Both the position numbers and the translations under genes were made by a program. A stretch of DNA of 46,691 bases from a virus, in IMG/VR virus record IMGVR_UViG_3300020202_000024, positions 1-46,691 of that record; one strand, 5' to 3'. Under the pieces are notes generated by a model. It did no database searches and was not told where the DNA came from. It saw only the letters and a program-made list of their open reading frames with translations. Below, piece by piece: positions 24,337-31,736 of the stretch; positions within the stretch are counted from its first letter, which is position 1; the number at the start of each line of letters is the position of its first letter.

Positions 24337-24606
24337 TCATCTATCACCCAAATCGATCGTCGGCGGCGGGTTAATGGGTTTCCATGCGACCGGAGTGTCT
24401 TCCGCGCCCCACCAACCACGCGACCACCAGCCCGGCCGCGCAGCCAAGTCGCCCCAATAGGCGACCTTGTAGACCTCGCCATCGTCATCGTCCGGCACAT
24501 AGACCAGGACGCGCGTCCCATCCCGCGGCGCCGACTCCATCGGCCTCCACGCAACCGCGTCAATGAGCGTCTTCAGGTCATCCATCGGATGGCGCTCCTT
24601 GCCCAT
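24337..24606 (-). CDS. DUF551-like protein (paralog 1)
   Basis: W.PMESAPRDGTRVLVYV...W motif. Start uncertain (24606 or 24585). Confidence 0.6.
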   Translation of the reverse strand: MGKERHPMDDLKTLIDAVAWRPMESAPRDGTRVLVYVPDDDDGEVYKVAYWGDLAARPGWWSRGWWGAEDTPVAWKPINPPPTIDLGDR

Positions 24607-24826
24607 CAGCGCCAGGCGCGGGCGGCAATGCGCGCCACTCGGACTCCGACATGACGATCGGTGTCGCATTCGGGTGCCGAGCCATCACAAACCCTTCGAC
24701 CATCACCATGAAATAAAGTGGGTTGCCGCCATAGAGCCGCGTCGCCTCAAGCTCCCGGCGCTCCCGGAAGTATCGCTTCAGGTCGCTGCCCATGACGCGG
24801 AACGTCTCTTGATAGAGGGTGGTCAT
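24578..24826 (-). CDS. Hypothetical protein
   Basis: 82 aa in a packed operon. Confidence 0.55.
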   Translation of the reverse strand: MTTLYQETFRVMGSDLKRYFRERRELEATRLYGGNPLYFMVMVEGFVMARHPNATPIVMSESEWRALPPAPGADGQGAPSDG

Positions 24827-24844
24827 TGTGTCCTCGCTATTCGC

Positions 24845-25069
24845 TTATCTGTGCATCACACGTTCGATGTAGTCCGCCTTAGCGGCGGACGGCGGAAGCG
24901 CGTGGATGGCCTCGCGCAATCTGTGCTCGGCCGAGAGCATGTCGCGCTCCACGGCCCCGTCAGGGGACGGACCAAATTGCTGCCAGATAGCGCAGAGCGT
25001 CATCCAACTCTGTGCCGCTTCGGCGATGCGCTGCACCGCGCTCGCAGGTAGTTGGCCGCCGGGTCTCAT
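24845..25069 (-). CDS. Hypothetical protein
   Basis: 74 aa; overlaps the upstream gene by 4 nt. Confidence 0.55.
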   Translation of the reverse strand: MRPGGQLPASAVQRIAEAAQSWMTLCAIWQQFGPSPDGAVERDMLSAEHRLREAIHALPPSAAKADYIERVMHR

Positions 25070-25461
25070 TTGCCCTCCTGCGCAGACTGCTCATCTCTGC
25101 GCATCGCGCGAGCCGCGGCAATAGCTGCCTTCATGTCGGGGAAGTGGCGAATCCCGCGATACTTGGCGATGGTGAATTCCTCCAAGCCGACCGCGAACAC
25201 CGGGACGCCAGACGACAGGGCGGCGCCGATCTCGACCCAACCGCCCTTGAGAACTTCACCAGGCTCCCGATAGGCGATCAGCACTCGGCAGCCGGCGGCC
25301 TCCGTCAAGCAGCGGTGCCAAAGGTCGTGAAAGTCGGAGGTCTCGCCTTCGCCGGCTTCATCGATCCAGGTGGAGATGATGGGCTCCCCCACCTTGTCGC
25401 GCAGGAATCGCCAGCGTGGCGCGTGCTTCGTCTTGCTTGCGATGTAGATGCCGTCACGCAT
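25066..25461 (-). CDS. Hypothetical; possibly nucleoside 2-deoxyribosyltransferase-like fold
   Basis: 131 aa. IYIASK...STWIDE...RVLIAY....GGWVEIGAALSSGVPVF resembles the Rossmann-like NDT layout. Weak call. Confidence 0.4.
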   Translation of the reverse strand: MRDGIYIASKTKHAPRWRFLRDKVGEPIISTWIDEAGEGETSDFHDLWHRCLTEAAGCRVLIAYREPGEVLKGGWVEIGAALSSGVPVFAVGLEEFTIAKYRGIRHFPDMKAAIAAARAMRRDEQSAQEGK

Positions 25462-25476
25462 CGTTGTCCTCGCTGT

Positions 25477-25692
25477 TCAGGTAACTGCGACGGCAACCGG
25501 GCAGTCCCGGAACTCAAGGCGCCCAGACCGTAGCAGCGCTCGCGCCTCGTCATGCGTGACGAGATACATGATGCTGTAGTGGGCGATCAGATGCTCCTCG
25601 TCGTCCGCGGAGAGCATGATCGGGCCATTGGGACCGTCCTTGGCGTGCTCGCGGGCCGCCTGCTCGACAAGGCTATCGAACCATCTGCTCAT
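25477..25692 (-). CDS. Hypothetical protein
   Basis: 71 aa. Confidence 0.55.
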   Translation of the reverse strand: MSRWFDSLVEQAAREHAKDGPNGPIMLSADDEEHLIAHYSIMYLVTHDEARALLRSGRLEFRDCPVAVAVT

Positions 25693-25862
25693 GGCTTCCG
25701 CTCCTGTGGCGCTTGCTCACCGTCAGCGCGGGGCATGGTGAACACCATTCTCGTGCCGCACCGCCCGCAATTTGCGAACGGGTTGGATGTCCATCGCGAC
25801 TGATAGTCGTCGCACCCGTTCGGGCATCTGGCATTTCGGAGCAGCGGCTGGCGCTCAGTCAT
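25689..25862 (-). CDS. 57-aa zinc-ribbon protein
   Basis: CPNGC...CGRCG. ATGA overlaps at both ends. Below the track cutoff. Confidence 0.5.
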   Translation of the reverse strand: MTERQPLLRNARCPNGCDDYQSRWTSNPFANCGRCGTRMVFTMPRADGEQAPQERKP

Positions 25863-26041
25863 CGGCTCTGTTCCTTCTCACCGTCAGCGCCATCCATCCT
25901 GTCGGCCTCGTGACACGCTGCGATCCACTCGGCCTCTGCGACGCACAGCGCCTCCATGGCGGCATCCATTCGGCGCTTTGCTTCAAGCGCCCGGTAGTGC
26001 GCGGCATAGCGCTCGCCATAGGTCGGTTCGCACATGGTCAT
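25859..26041 (-). CDS. Hypothetical protein
   Basis: 60 aa from ATG 26041 (MTMCEPTYGERYAAHYRALEAKRR); helical. Confidence 0.5.
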   Translation of the reverse strand: MTMCEPTYGERYAAHYRALEAKRRMDAAMEALCVAEAEWIAACHEADRMDGADGEKEQSR

Positions 26042-26043
26042 CG

Positions 26044-26169
26044 TCAATGGACCCCCGCCAGATAGCCGCAGGCGACGCCCCCGACGAACAGCGCGACGCA
26101 GCGGGCAAATTCCCACGGCTCCGGTCGCACGAGGAAGCTGCAGCCGATTGCGATCGCAAGTGTTGTCAT
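26044..26169 (-). CDS. 41-aa hydrophobic peptide (tentative)
   Basis: MTTLAIAIGCSFLV...CVALFVGGVACGYLAGVH. Confidence 0.35.
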   Translation of the reverse strand: MTTLAIAIGCSFLVRPEPWEFARCVALFVGGVACGYLAGVH

Positions 26170-26200
26170 GTCGTCCTCGTTTCTGTGATGACACTGGCGT

Positions 26201-26509
26201 TCATGCCGCCGCGGCAACCTCTGCCCAGAACTCGTCATCGATCTGCCGGTACGCGGCCTCTGCCTTCGGGTCCTGACCCGTGATGGCCTTGAAGCCGGCA
26301 GCATCGATTGCGATGGTCGATCCGAGGTCACCCCGGCGGTTGTGGTAGTCGAGCAGGAAGCGCGCCTGCTTGATGTCCACCGCGTGGCGCCGGTAGCTCT
26401 GGAATTCGGCCCACGTCTCCGCGTCAGTGGCGAGCGAGCGAGCAAGGCCCGTCTGGCAAGCCTGATCGGCGCTGTCGATGTAGATGATCTCGATGAAGCT
26501 GCGGCCCAT
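26201..26509 (-). CDS. Hypothetical protein
   Basis: 102 aa. Confidence 0.6.
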   Translation of the reverse strand: MGRSFIEIIYIDSADQACQTGLARSLATDAETWAEFQSYRRHAVDIKQARFLLDYHNRRGDLGSTIAIDAAGFKAITGQDPKAEAAYRQIDDEFWAEVAAAA

Positions 26510-26530
26510 GTCAGTCTCCCAGTCTATTGA

Positions 26531-26869
26531 TCAGCGGCGGGTCGGCCACTGCGGGACGTTCCGCCAGCCTAGAAACTCATCGCCCTCGTCGAGGCTGACG
26601 GCGTGGTATCGCGAGCCCTCGCCATCGTCTCCGGTCTCACGAAACCAGCCGGTCGTCGGGTGGCCGTCCTCATCGCACGTCTGGCATTTTTCGCCGTCAG
26701 GGCATTCGTATTCGTAGCGAAGCCGATAACCATTGAGGTACGTGGCGGCGAAGGAGTAGACCTTGCCGTTGCGGGCGCGACGAACAGCGACAATGAACTC
26801 GCCCTCGGACCCATGGGCGACAGGTGGATTCTCGGAGCTGCCACGCCACGTCTCGTCAGTCTTGTCCAT
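26531..26869 (-). CDS. Hypothetical Cys-cluster protein
   Basis: 112 aa; ECPDGEKCQTCDEDGH; C-terminal GWRNVPQWP. Confidence 0.6.
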   Translation of the reverse strand: MDKTDETWRGSSENPPVAHGSEGEFIVAVRRARNGKVYSFAATYLNGYRLRYEYECPDGEKCQTCDEDGHPTTGWFRETGDDGEGSRYHAVSLDEGDEFLGWRNVPQWPTRR

Positions 26870-26914
26870 CTCACTTCTCCTCGTTGAGGGGCGCTGTGCT
26901 GCTGTATGTGCCGG

Positions 26915-27187
26915 TCACGACTGCTCAATGCGGGCCGGGGGCGCGGGCATTTCGATGCGCGTCCAGTGCGTGTGGTAGTCCGGCCATCCGCCTACTTGCT
27001 TTCGGATGATGGTCGGCAGCGGGTCGGGGTCCGCATCCGTCTTCACCGCAATCTCGATCTGGACCGTTAGTCCCACGTCGAGGGGCGACCCGACGTAGGG
27101 CGGCTCCACGATGGGGAACACCCACCACAAAACGGCGCCTTCATCCTCGGTCCACTCGCTCAGCGGGCGCGCTTGCAACACGTCCAT
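26915..27187 (-). CDS. Hypothetical Trp-rich protein
   Basis: 90 aa. Confidence 0.55.
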   Translation of the reverse strand: MDVLQARPLSEWTEDEGAVLWWVFPIVEPPYVGSPLDVGLTVQIEIAVKTDADPDPLPTIIRKQVGGWPDYHTHWTRIEMPAPPARIEQS

Positions 27188-27189
27188 CC

Positions 27190-27492
27190 TCAGCCCTTCC
27201 TCTCTGTCCTGTGGTCAGTGAGATCGGCCGCCGGGAGGGCCTGTTCGGCTGTCCCGGCGGCCTCCAGTCCCTCAGCCGTTTGGGTCAGTGACGGCGAGGG
27301 CTCAGCCGCGGCGCGTGTTCGCTGATCGACCAGATCGAGCATGAAATGCAGCCATGCCTTGACCTTCGCGGCATCTTCGGCCGACAGCTCAAGGGGGATG
27401 TGCAGCGATGCGTGACCTTCCTGCAGGGGCAGGACCGCCTGCGGCGCCTCTGGGTAGCGCAAGTAGACGACCCGTTCGCGGTGTCGCGTCAT
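27190..27492 (-). CDS. Hypothetical protein
   Basis: 100 aa from ATG 27492. Confidence 0.5.
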   Translation of the reverse strand: MTRHRERVVYLRYPEAPQAVLPLQEGHASLHIPLELSAEDAAKVKAWLHFMLDLVDQRTRAAAEPSPSLTQTAEGLEAAGTAEQALPAADLTDHRTERKG

Positions 27493-27526
27493 GCCTCGGT
27501 CCTCGCTGATACTGTGGCAGCGCGGC

Positions 27527-27790
27527 TCACGCCTTGGCGAACCGCTCACGCATCCCTCTGTCGTGGATGTCTTGCTGCCCGGCGGAGATCTCCTCGCGGG
27601 CTCTCTGAACCGCCAACAGAGCGTTGGTGTACCGCGGGTGCGCCTGCAGCATCTCGATCCGGTGGATCATGCTGTCCAGGTCATTGACGATGATGGAGGC
27701 TTCTCGGCTCAAATCCCGTTCCATTGCGGATCTCCTGCTTGCTGCCTGTTGCTCGATTTCTGTCAGTAGTTTTGGGCTCGGTCCTCGCAT
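27527..27790 (-). CDS. Hypothetical helical protein
   Basis: 87 aa from ATG 27790. Confidence 0.5.
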   Translation of the reverse strand: MRGPSPKLLTEIEQQAASRRSAMERDLSREASIIVNDLDSMIHRIEMLQAHPRYTNALLAVQRAREEISAGQQDIHDRGMRERFAKA

Positions 27791-27795
27791 GGCGC

Positions 27796-27990
27796 TCACG
27801 ACTGCCCCTGCGGCGGTGATGCCGCGCCAGTGCCATCGGGCGGACACACCGGCCGGTTCTGGCCCTTGACGATGTCGTGCAGCAGCAGATGCTGCCCGCA
27901 CTTCTGGCAAATGGAGAACCGGCGTACCGCGGTCCCGACGCGAGGCTCGACGGGCTCAACCGGAGGCCGGTCCTCGATCGTGTGAAGCAT
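27796..27990 (-). CDS. Small Cys-containing protein
   Basis: 64 aa from ATG 27990; ICQKCGQ...C. Confidence 0.45.
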   Translation of the reverse strand: MLHTIEDRPPVEPVEPRVGTAVRRFSICQKCGQHLLLHDIVKGQNRPVCPPDGTGAASPPQGQS

Positions 27991-28013
27991 CTCAGGCGTC
28001 CAGCGGCGGTCCT

Positions 28014-28649
28014 TCACGGCGGGCCCTCTCTCGTTGATGCAGCGGCAGTGCCATCGGGCGAGGTGAGGGGCCGCCAATGCGTCGGCGCTCCGTCTGGATC
28101 GTCTGCGTTCCAGGTGATCGAGCCGTCCGGCGTCACCCACATCCCGACCGTGCCGGGGAACAGTCCGTTCTTCTGGATGTGTCCCCACTGGAGGGGCCAA
28201 ATCTCCTGGGCCTTGCCGCCCTCCATCCAGGTGAGTTCGATCACAGTGCCGTCTTTCGGCGCGGTCTCGATGGGGAGCCATTCGCGGGCGGCCGGACCTC
28301 CGGCCTTATGACCGGGATTACCCCGGCCATGCCCGTCGAGAGCCAGCTTCGCGGTGGCGCCGAGATTGGCGAGAATGTCCTCGGCCGGGAGGTCTATTGG
28401 CATTCCGGCCATGTAGACGACCTCCTCAAGCGCCGCCTGTAGTCGCTCGATCGCGGCACGGTCCGCGACCAGCGCCTTGGCCACGTCATCCGAGAAAGTC
28501 GCGCCGTCCCAGTAGACGACCGGACCATCTGGTGCATCGGCTCCCACCGTCCGCTTGAGGTCGAGCAGGATGCGGACATGCTCGTCTTCCAGCAGACGCC
28601 AGAAGCGCGCGACGTGGTCGCTCATCGGGGTCTCGCAGGCGTCGTTCAC
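28014..28649 (-). CDS. DUF551-like protein with N-terminal extension (paralog 2)
   Basis: 211 aa; C-terminal WLPIETAPKDGTVIEL...THWRPL. Confidence 0.65.
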   Translation of the reverse strand: MNDACETPMSDHVARFWRLLEDEHVRILLDLKRTVGADAPDGPVVYWDGATFSDDVAKALVADRAAIERLQAALEEVVYMAGMPIDLPAEDILANLGATAKLALDGHGRGNPGHKAGGPAAREWLPIETAPKDGTVIELTWMEGGKAQEIWPLQWGHIQKNGLFPGTVGMWVTPDGSITWNADDPDGAPTHWRPLTSPDGTAAASTREGPP

Positions 28650-28984
28650 GGCTGACCTCCCGCGCGCTCGGCCACGAGGTCGCCCAGCTCCATCAGGAGG
28701 CGGGTCGTCTGCCGCTTGGTGTCGGGGCGGGCGTCGCCGCCGGCCTCGCGGGCGAGGTTCTGGCGGATGAGCCGGGTCCGGCCGCGGATCGCGAGGTCAG
28801 TCGGGAACCGGGCGTCCAGCGTATCGAGCAGCGGACGGATGTGAGCAGCCGCCCCAGGTGGCACAGTTTCGGCACAGATATAGGGCGATGTTCTTGCAGC
28901 GTTCACGCCTAGATCGGCGGAACGGTCGTTATTTTCCAAGGACTTAGCCTTGGGAATATCGTTTACACCGAGATGATCTGCCAT
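28646..28984 (-). CDS. Hypothetical protein, first gene beyond attP
   Basis: 112 aa from ATG 28984. The 397-aa track ORF that includes it crosses the tRNA and is rejected. Confidence 0.5.
   Translation of the reverse strand: MADHLGVNDIPKAKSLENNDRSADLGVNAARTSPYICAETVPPGAAAHIRPLLDTLDARFPTDLAIRGRTRLIRQNLAREAGGDARPDTKRQTTRLLMELGDLVAERAGGQP
28860..28875. repeat. Direct repeat GGCACAGTTTCGGCAC, copy 1
   Basis: Exact 16-mer also present at 29022..29037. Each copy contains GGCAC twice. Confidence 0.85.
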
Positions 28985-29021
28985 GAGAAACACCCTATAA
29001 CATTGGGTTTGTGAGGTCAAC

Positions 29022-29037
29022 GGCACAGTTTCGGCAC
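29022..29037. repeat. Direct repeat GGCACAGTTTCGGCAC, copy 2
   Basis: Exact copy 162 bp downstream of copy 1 and 6 nt upstream of the tRNA. Confidence 0.85.
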
Positions 29038-29043
29038 TGGAAC

Positions 29044-29119
29044 GGGCGGTTAGCTCAGCCGGTAGAGCGCGTCCTTTACACGGACGATGTCGGCGGTTCG
29101 ATCCCGTCACCGCCCACCA
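29044..29119 (+). tRNA. tRNA-Val(UAC): tRNA-Val (anticodon UAC), complete, encoded CCA; probable attP core
   Basis: Hand-folded cloverleaf: acceptor GGGCGGT/ACCGCCC, D-arm GCTC/GAGC, anticodon stem CGTCC/GGACG with loop TTTACAC, T-arm GGCGG/CCGTC with TTCGATC, then A-CCA. Confidence 0.85.
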
Positions 29120-29304
29120 GCCGGCCCCTGCGGCATCGGCATCCAGTGCGTGGCTTTGGCGACGCTGCCGCCGCTGTCCTTCTGCCAAACGTTGTGCGGC
29201 TTCCCGATCCAGCGGGCCGGATAGGCGCACTTCACGGCGAACGATTCCCACACGAGGATGCGGGTGCCGTCCTTCGGCGCCGTAGCGATTTCCTGCCAGT
29301 CCAT
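29107..29304 (-). CDS. DUF551-like protein (paralog 3)
   Basis: 65 aa: MDWQEIATAPKDGTRILVW...THWMPMP. Starts 1 nt after the integrase stop. The last 13 nt overlap the tRNA 3' end. Confidence 0.6.
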   Translation of the reverse strand: MDWQEIATAPKDGTRILVWESFAVKCAYPARWIGKPHNVWQKDSGGSVAKATHWMPMPQGPAGGR

Positions 29305-30321
29305 TCACACCTCCGCTGCGTCCTTCTGCCAGTCCGGGTGATGGTGCCCGTAAGTCCGCTCCAGCATCCGCACGGACATCCCGAGCGCGCCGGCCGCCTG
29401 CCACAAGTCCACCCGATCGTGCATCATCCACGTCGCCCTGGTGTGCCGTAGGGTGTGGGGCGTTACTGCATCGTCCAGCCCGGCAGCCTTGCGCGCCGTG
29501 ACCCAGGACCGCCGCAGCTTCGTCACCGGCCGCCCATCGTAGTGAACCACCCGCTTCGCCTTGGGGTGCGCCTGCTCGTCCAGCCGGCGCCACCGCCGAA
29601 GGTGCGCCAGGATGCGCGAGCCGAGCCGCACGCGCGGCGTCCGCTTCGTCTTGGACTCGGCCTTGCCCGGCGCCCGGCGCCGCATCGTGCCGCTGTGCAG
29701 GTCCACCCAGGACCATTCCAGCCCCAGCAGGACACCCGACCTCGAGCCCGTGTAGAGGCCGAGCAGGATGAACCGGGCGAGGTGCGGCGTGCGCCTGGCG
29801 GTCCGTAGGAGCTTCGCGGCCTCGGATCTGGTCAGCCATCGCTCGCGACCTTCAGCCTTGTCCGGGAGAACCACGGTCGGCACGACGGGGAGGGGGTGCT
29901 TGTGCGCGTGCCAGTACCGGACGGCAGCCCGGAGGGTTTCAAGGTCTCGGCGAGCCGCCGAAGCCGGTCGGTCAAGCGCATACGCGCGACAAGTCGGGCC
30001 AGCGATTTCAGAGACACGCTTGCCCGACCACCACCGGAGAAGATTGCCGATCGTGTGAGCGACGTTCTCGGGGCGGGCTGTGTGCGGGCCATGTTCCTCA
30101 CCGTAGACGTTCAGGACATCGTCGATGAGCGGCGCGGGGCTGGGCTCCGGCCGGTGCTTGCGGGCGAGGTACGTTTGGAGAGCTGCTTCAGCTTCTCCAC
30201 GGTCAGATTCGCCGCAGCCCGTGCGGATGAACGCTGCTCCATCTCGGATGACCCATTGGCCTCTGCGGCTATCGAGCCAAAGCCGCGGCGGCGCCCTTCT
30301 TCTCGGCATTTGTTGATCCAT
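29305..30321 (-). CDS. int: Tyrosine recombinase (phage integrase)
   Basis: 338 aa. N-terminal RLWLD...WVIRDG...IRTGCG..DR.EAE.AL. C-terminal HTLRHTRATW...LGMSVRMLERTYGHH (R..H-x-x-R..Y). Alternative start at 30309. Confidence 0.85.
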   Translation of the reverse strand: MDQQMPRRRAPPRLWLDSRRGQWVIRDGAAFIRTGCGESDRGEAEAALQTYLARKHRPEPSPAPLIDDVLNVYGEEHGPHTARPENVAHTIGNLLRWWSGKRVSEIAGPTCRAYALDRPASAARRDLETLRAAVRYWHAHKHPLPVVPTVVLPDKAEGRERWLTRSEAAKLLRTARRTPHLARFILLGLYTGSRSGVLLGLEWSWVDLHSGTMRRRAPGKAESKTKRTPRVRLGSRILAHLRRWRRLDEQAHPKAKRVVHYDGRPVTKLRRSWVTARKAAGLDDAVTPHTLRHTRATWMMHDRVDLWQAAGALGMSVRMLERTYGHHHPDWQKDAAEV

Positions 30322-30479
30322 TCAGCCATGTCGGCGGGCGTCGTGTAATAGCGGCGCCCGATTGGGAAGATCAGGAGCATACCGCGATCGGCGGCGGAAC
30401 GCAGGGTCGAGACCGTCAGCCGAGCGGCTGGGAACAGCTCGCATGCGTGCTTAAGGGTGATCGGCTCGTCAGCGTTCAC
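30111..30479 (-). CDS. Excisionase/MerR-like HTH DNA-binding protein
   Basis: The N-terminal 55 aa (ITLKHACELF...LTVSTLRSAADRG.L.IFPIGRRYYTTPADMAEWI) fit an Xis-type HTH. The ORF then runs 211 nt into int in another frame, so the true end is uncertain. Confidence 0.5.
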   Translation of the reverse strand: MNADEPITLKHACELFPAARLTVSTLRSAADRGMLLIFPIGRRYYTTPADMAEWINKCREEGRRRGFGSIAAEANGSSEMEQRSSARAAANLTVEKLKQLSKRTSPASTGRSPAPRRSSTMS

Positions 30480-30511
30480 GGTTTTCTAGACCTCGGTTTG
30501 GTGAGCAGAAG

Positions 30512-31264
30512 TCACTGAGACACATCCAGGAGCCCGAGCTGCTTAGGCGGTCGAGGCTTCTCGATGAACAAATCTTGCTGCCGCAAGGCTGCAGCGACCC
30601 GCTTGCATGCCAAATCGAAGTAGTTTGGCTCTAGCTCAATGCCGACGAAGCGCCGCCCCAGTTGGACAGCAGCCATGCCCGTTGTCCCCGAGCCCATGAA
30701 GGGATCTAGGACGGTTTCGCCGGGGGTAGACGCCAGCGCGATCGCCCATTTCATCCAAGACAATGGCTTTGGACATGGGTGTCCGGTTTTTTCGGCTGTT
30801 TCCGTAGACTCGATCGCAGTGTGTTTGGCGCCCATGTGAAGGTTCGGCGCGCGACCGTACAGCAGCGCGTGAACGAAGCTGCTAAAGCCCCATGTGTTGC
30901 GTCCGCAAGCGGCTGGCAGATATACGCCGCCCATGGCTGTCGGCGCCGGTAGATGCCAGATCGCAGGCGGAACCCCGAAGACAAGCCCACGGCCGTCTTT
31001 TGTCAGGCTCAGGGCCATCTCAATGGCCGGGACCACGACGGCGCGGTAATTCTCCGGCGTGTCGGAATAGCTCGCATAGCCATCCTTCACGAGGACGCGG
31101 TCGGTTCTGCGGTCCTTGGACGCCAAATGAGTGCCGAGATTTACGCCGTATGGCGGGTCGGTAATCAGCAGATCCACGTCATTCAACGTCGGCATTACGT
31201 CCCGACAATCGCCCAGATAGAGCGACACGCCATCAGCAATATGTTCGACTCTGTTCATGCTCAT
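30512..31264 (-). CDS. Beta-class N6A/N4C DNA methyltransferase (orphan)
   Basis: DPPY (ITDPPYGV) precedes the SAM motif DPFMGSGTTG, which is the beta-group order as in CcrM. ATG at 31264 (track TTG at 31270). No nuclease partner. Confidence 0.8.
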   Translation of the reverse strand: MSMNRVEHIADGVSLYLGDCRDVMPTLNDVDLLITDPPYGVNLGTHLASKDRRTDRVLVKDGYASYSDTPENYRAVVVPAIEMALSLTKDGRGLVFGVPPAIWHLPAPTAMGGVYLPAACGRNTWGFSSFVHALLYGRAPNLHMGAKHTAIESTETAEKTGHPCPKPLSWMKWAIALASTPGETVLDPFMGSGTTGMAAVQLGRRFVGIELEPNYFDLACKRVAAALRQQDLFIEKPRPPKQLGLLDVSQ

Positions 31265-31270
31265 TGACAA

Positions 31271-31438
31271 TCAGTCTTCGCCATCGGGCTTGTAGACGTT
31301 CACGGTGATGTTGATCGGCGACCACTTCATGAGGCGGCAAACAACGGCCACACCGAGGGTGAGGGAGGCGCCAGCCGCGCCAACCAGAAAGAGCGCGCCT
31401 ACGAGTGAGAGAGCTGTCCCGGCCATTCCCATGGTCAT
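31271..31438 (-). CDS. 55-aa membrane protein
   Basis: AGTALSLVGALFLVGAAGASLTLGVAVV. Below the track cutoff. Confidence 0.45.
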   Translation of the reverse strand: MTMGMAGTALSLVGALFLVGAAGASLTLGVAVVCRLMKWSPINITVNVYKPDGED

Positions 31439-31458
31439 CCTCACGTGTCCGTCATATG

Positions 31459-31489
31459 TGCGGCCCGCTCACGGATGCGGCGGGCCGCA
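31459..31489. other. Perfect 10-bp GC-rich hairpin (TGCGGCCCGC / GCGGGCCGCA, 11-nt loop)
   Basis: Read directly. Intergenic between two minus-strand genes. No U-tract on the minus strand. Confidence 0.7.
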
Positions 31490-31496
31490 ATTCTCG

Positions 31497-31736
31497 TTAC
31501 GCCGCCTTCTTCTTCGTCACGCGCCCGGCGATGGTCAGAACGGGCTTGGTGCCAAGCGAGACAGGCGGGACGCTAGAAACGTTGAGGTGAGCGGCGGCAA
31601 TCTCGACCTTGAGGGTGTCGAGCACCGTGCGGGCAAGTCCGATGTGGACGCGGGCCTCCTGGTGGGTCATGTCGCCGCTATCGACCCGAGACCAAATTTC
31701 CATCATCTTCTGGCGGATTCCTGCGGTGTCTCGCAT
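31497..31736 (-). CDS. Hypothetical protein
   Basis: 79 aa; Lys-rich C-terminus. Confidence 0.6.
   Translation of the reverse strand: MRDTAGIRQKMMEIWSRVDSGDMTHQEARVHIGLARTVLDTLKVEIAAAHLNVSSVPPVSLGTKPVLTIAGRVTKKKAA

Noticed and set aside
28646-29839. 397-aa minus-strand ORF spanning the attP region
   Set aside because: It runs straight through the tRNA-Val gene and out of frame through the integrase 3' half. Only its last 112 codons (from ATG 28984) are kept as a gene.
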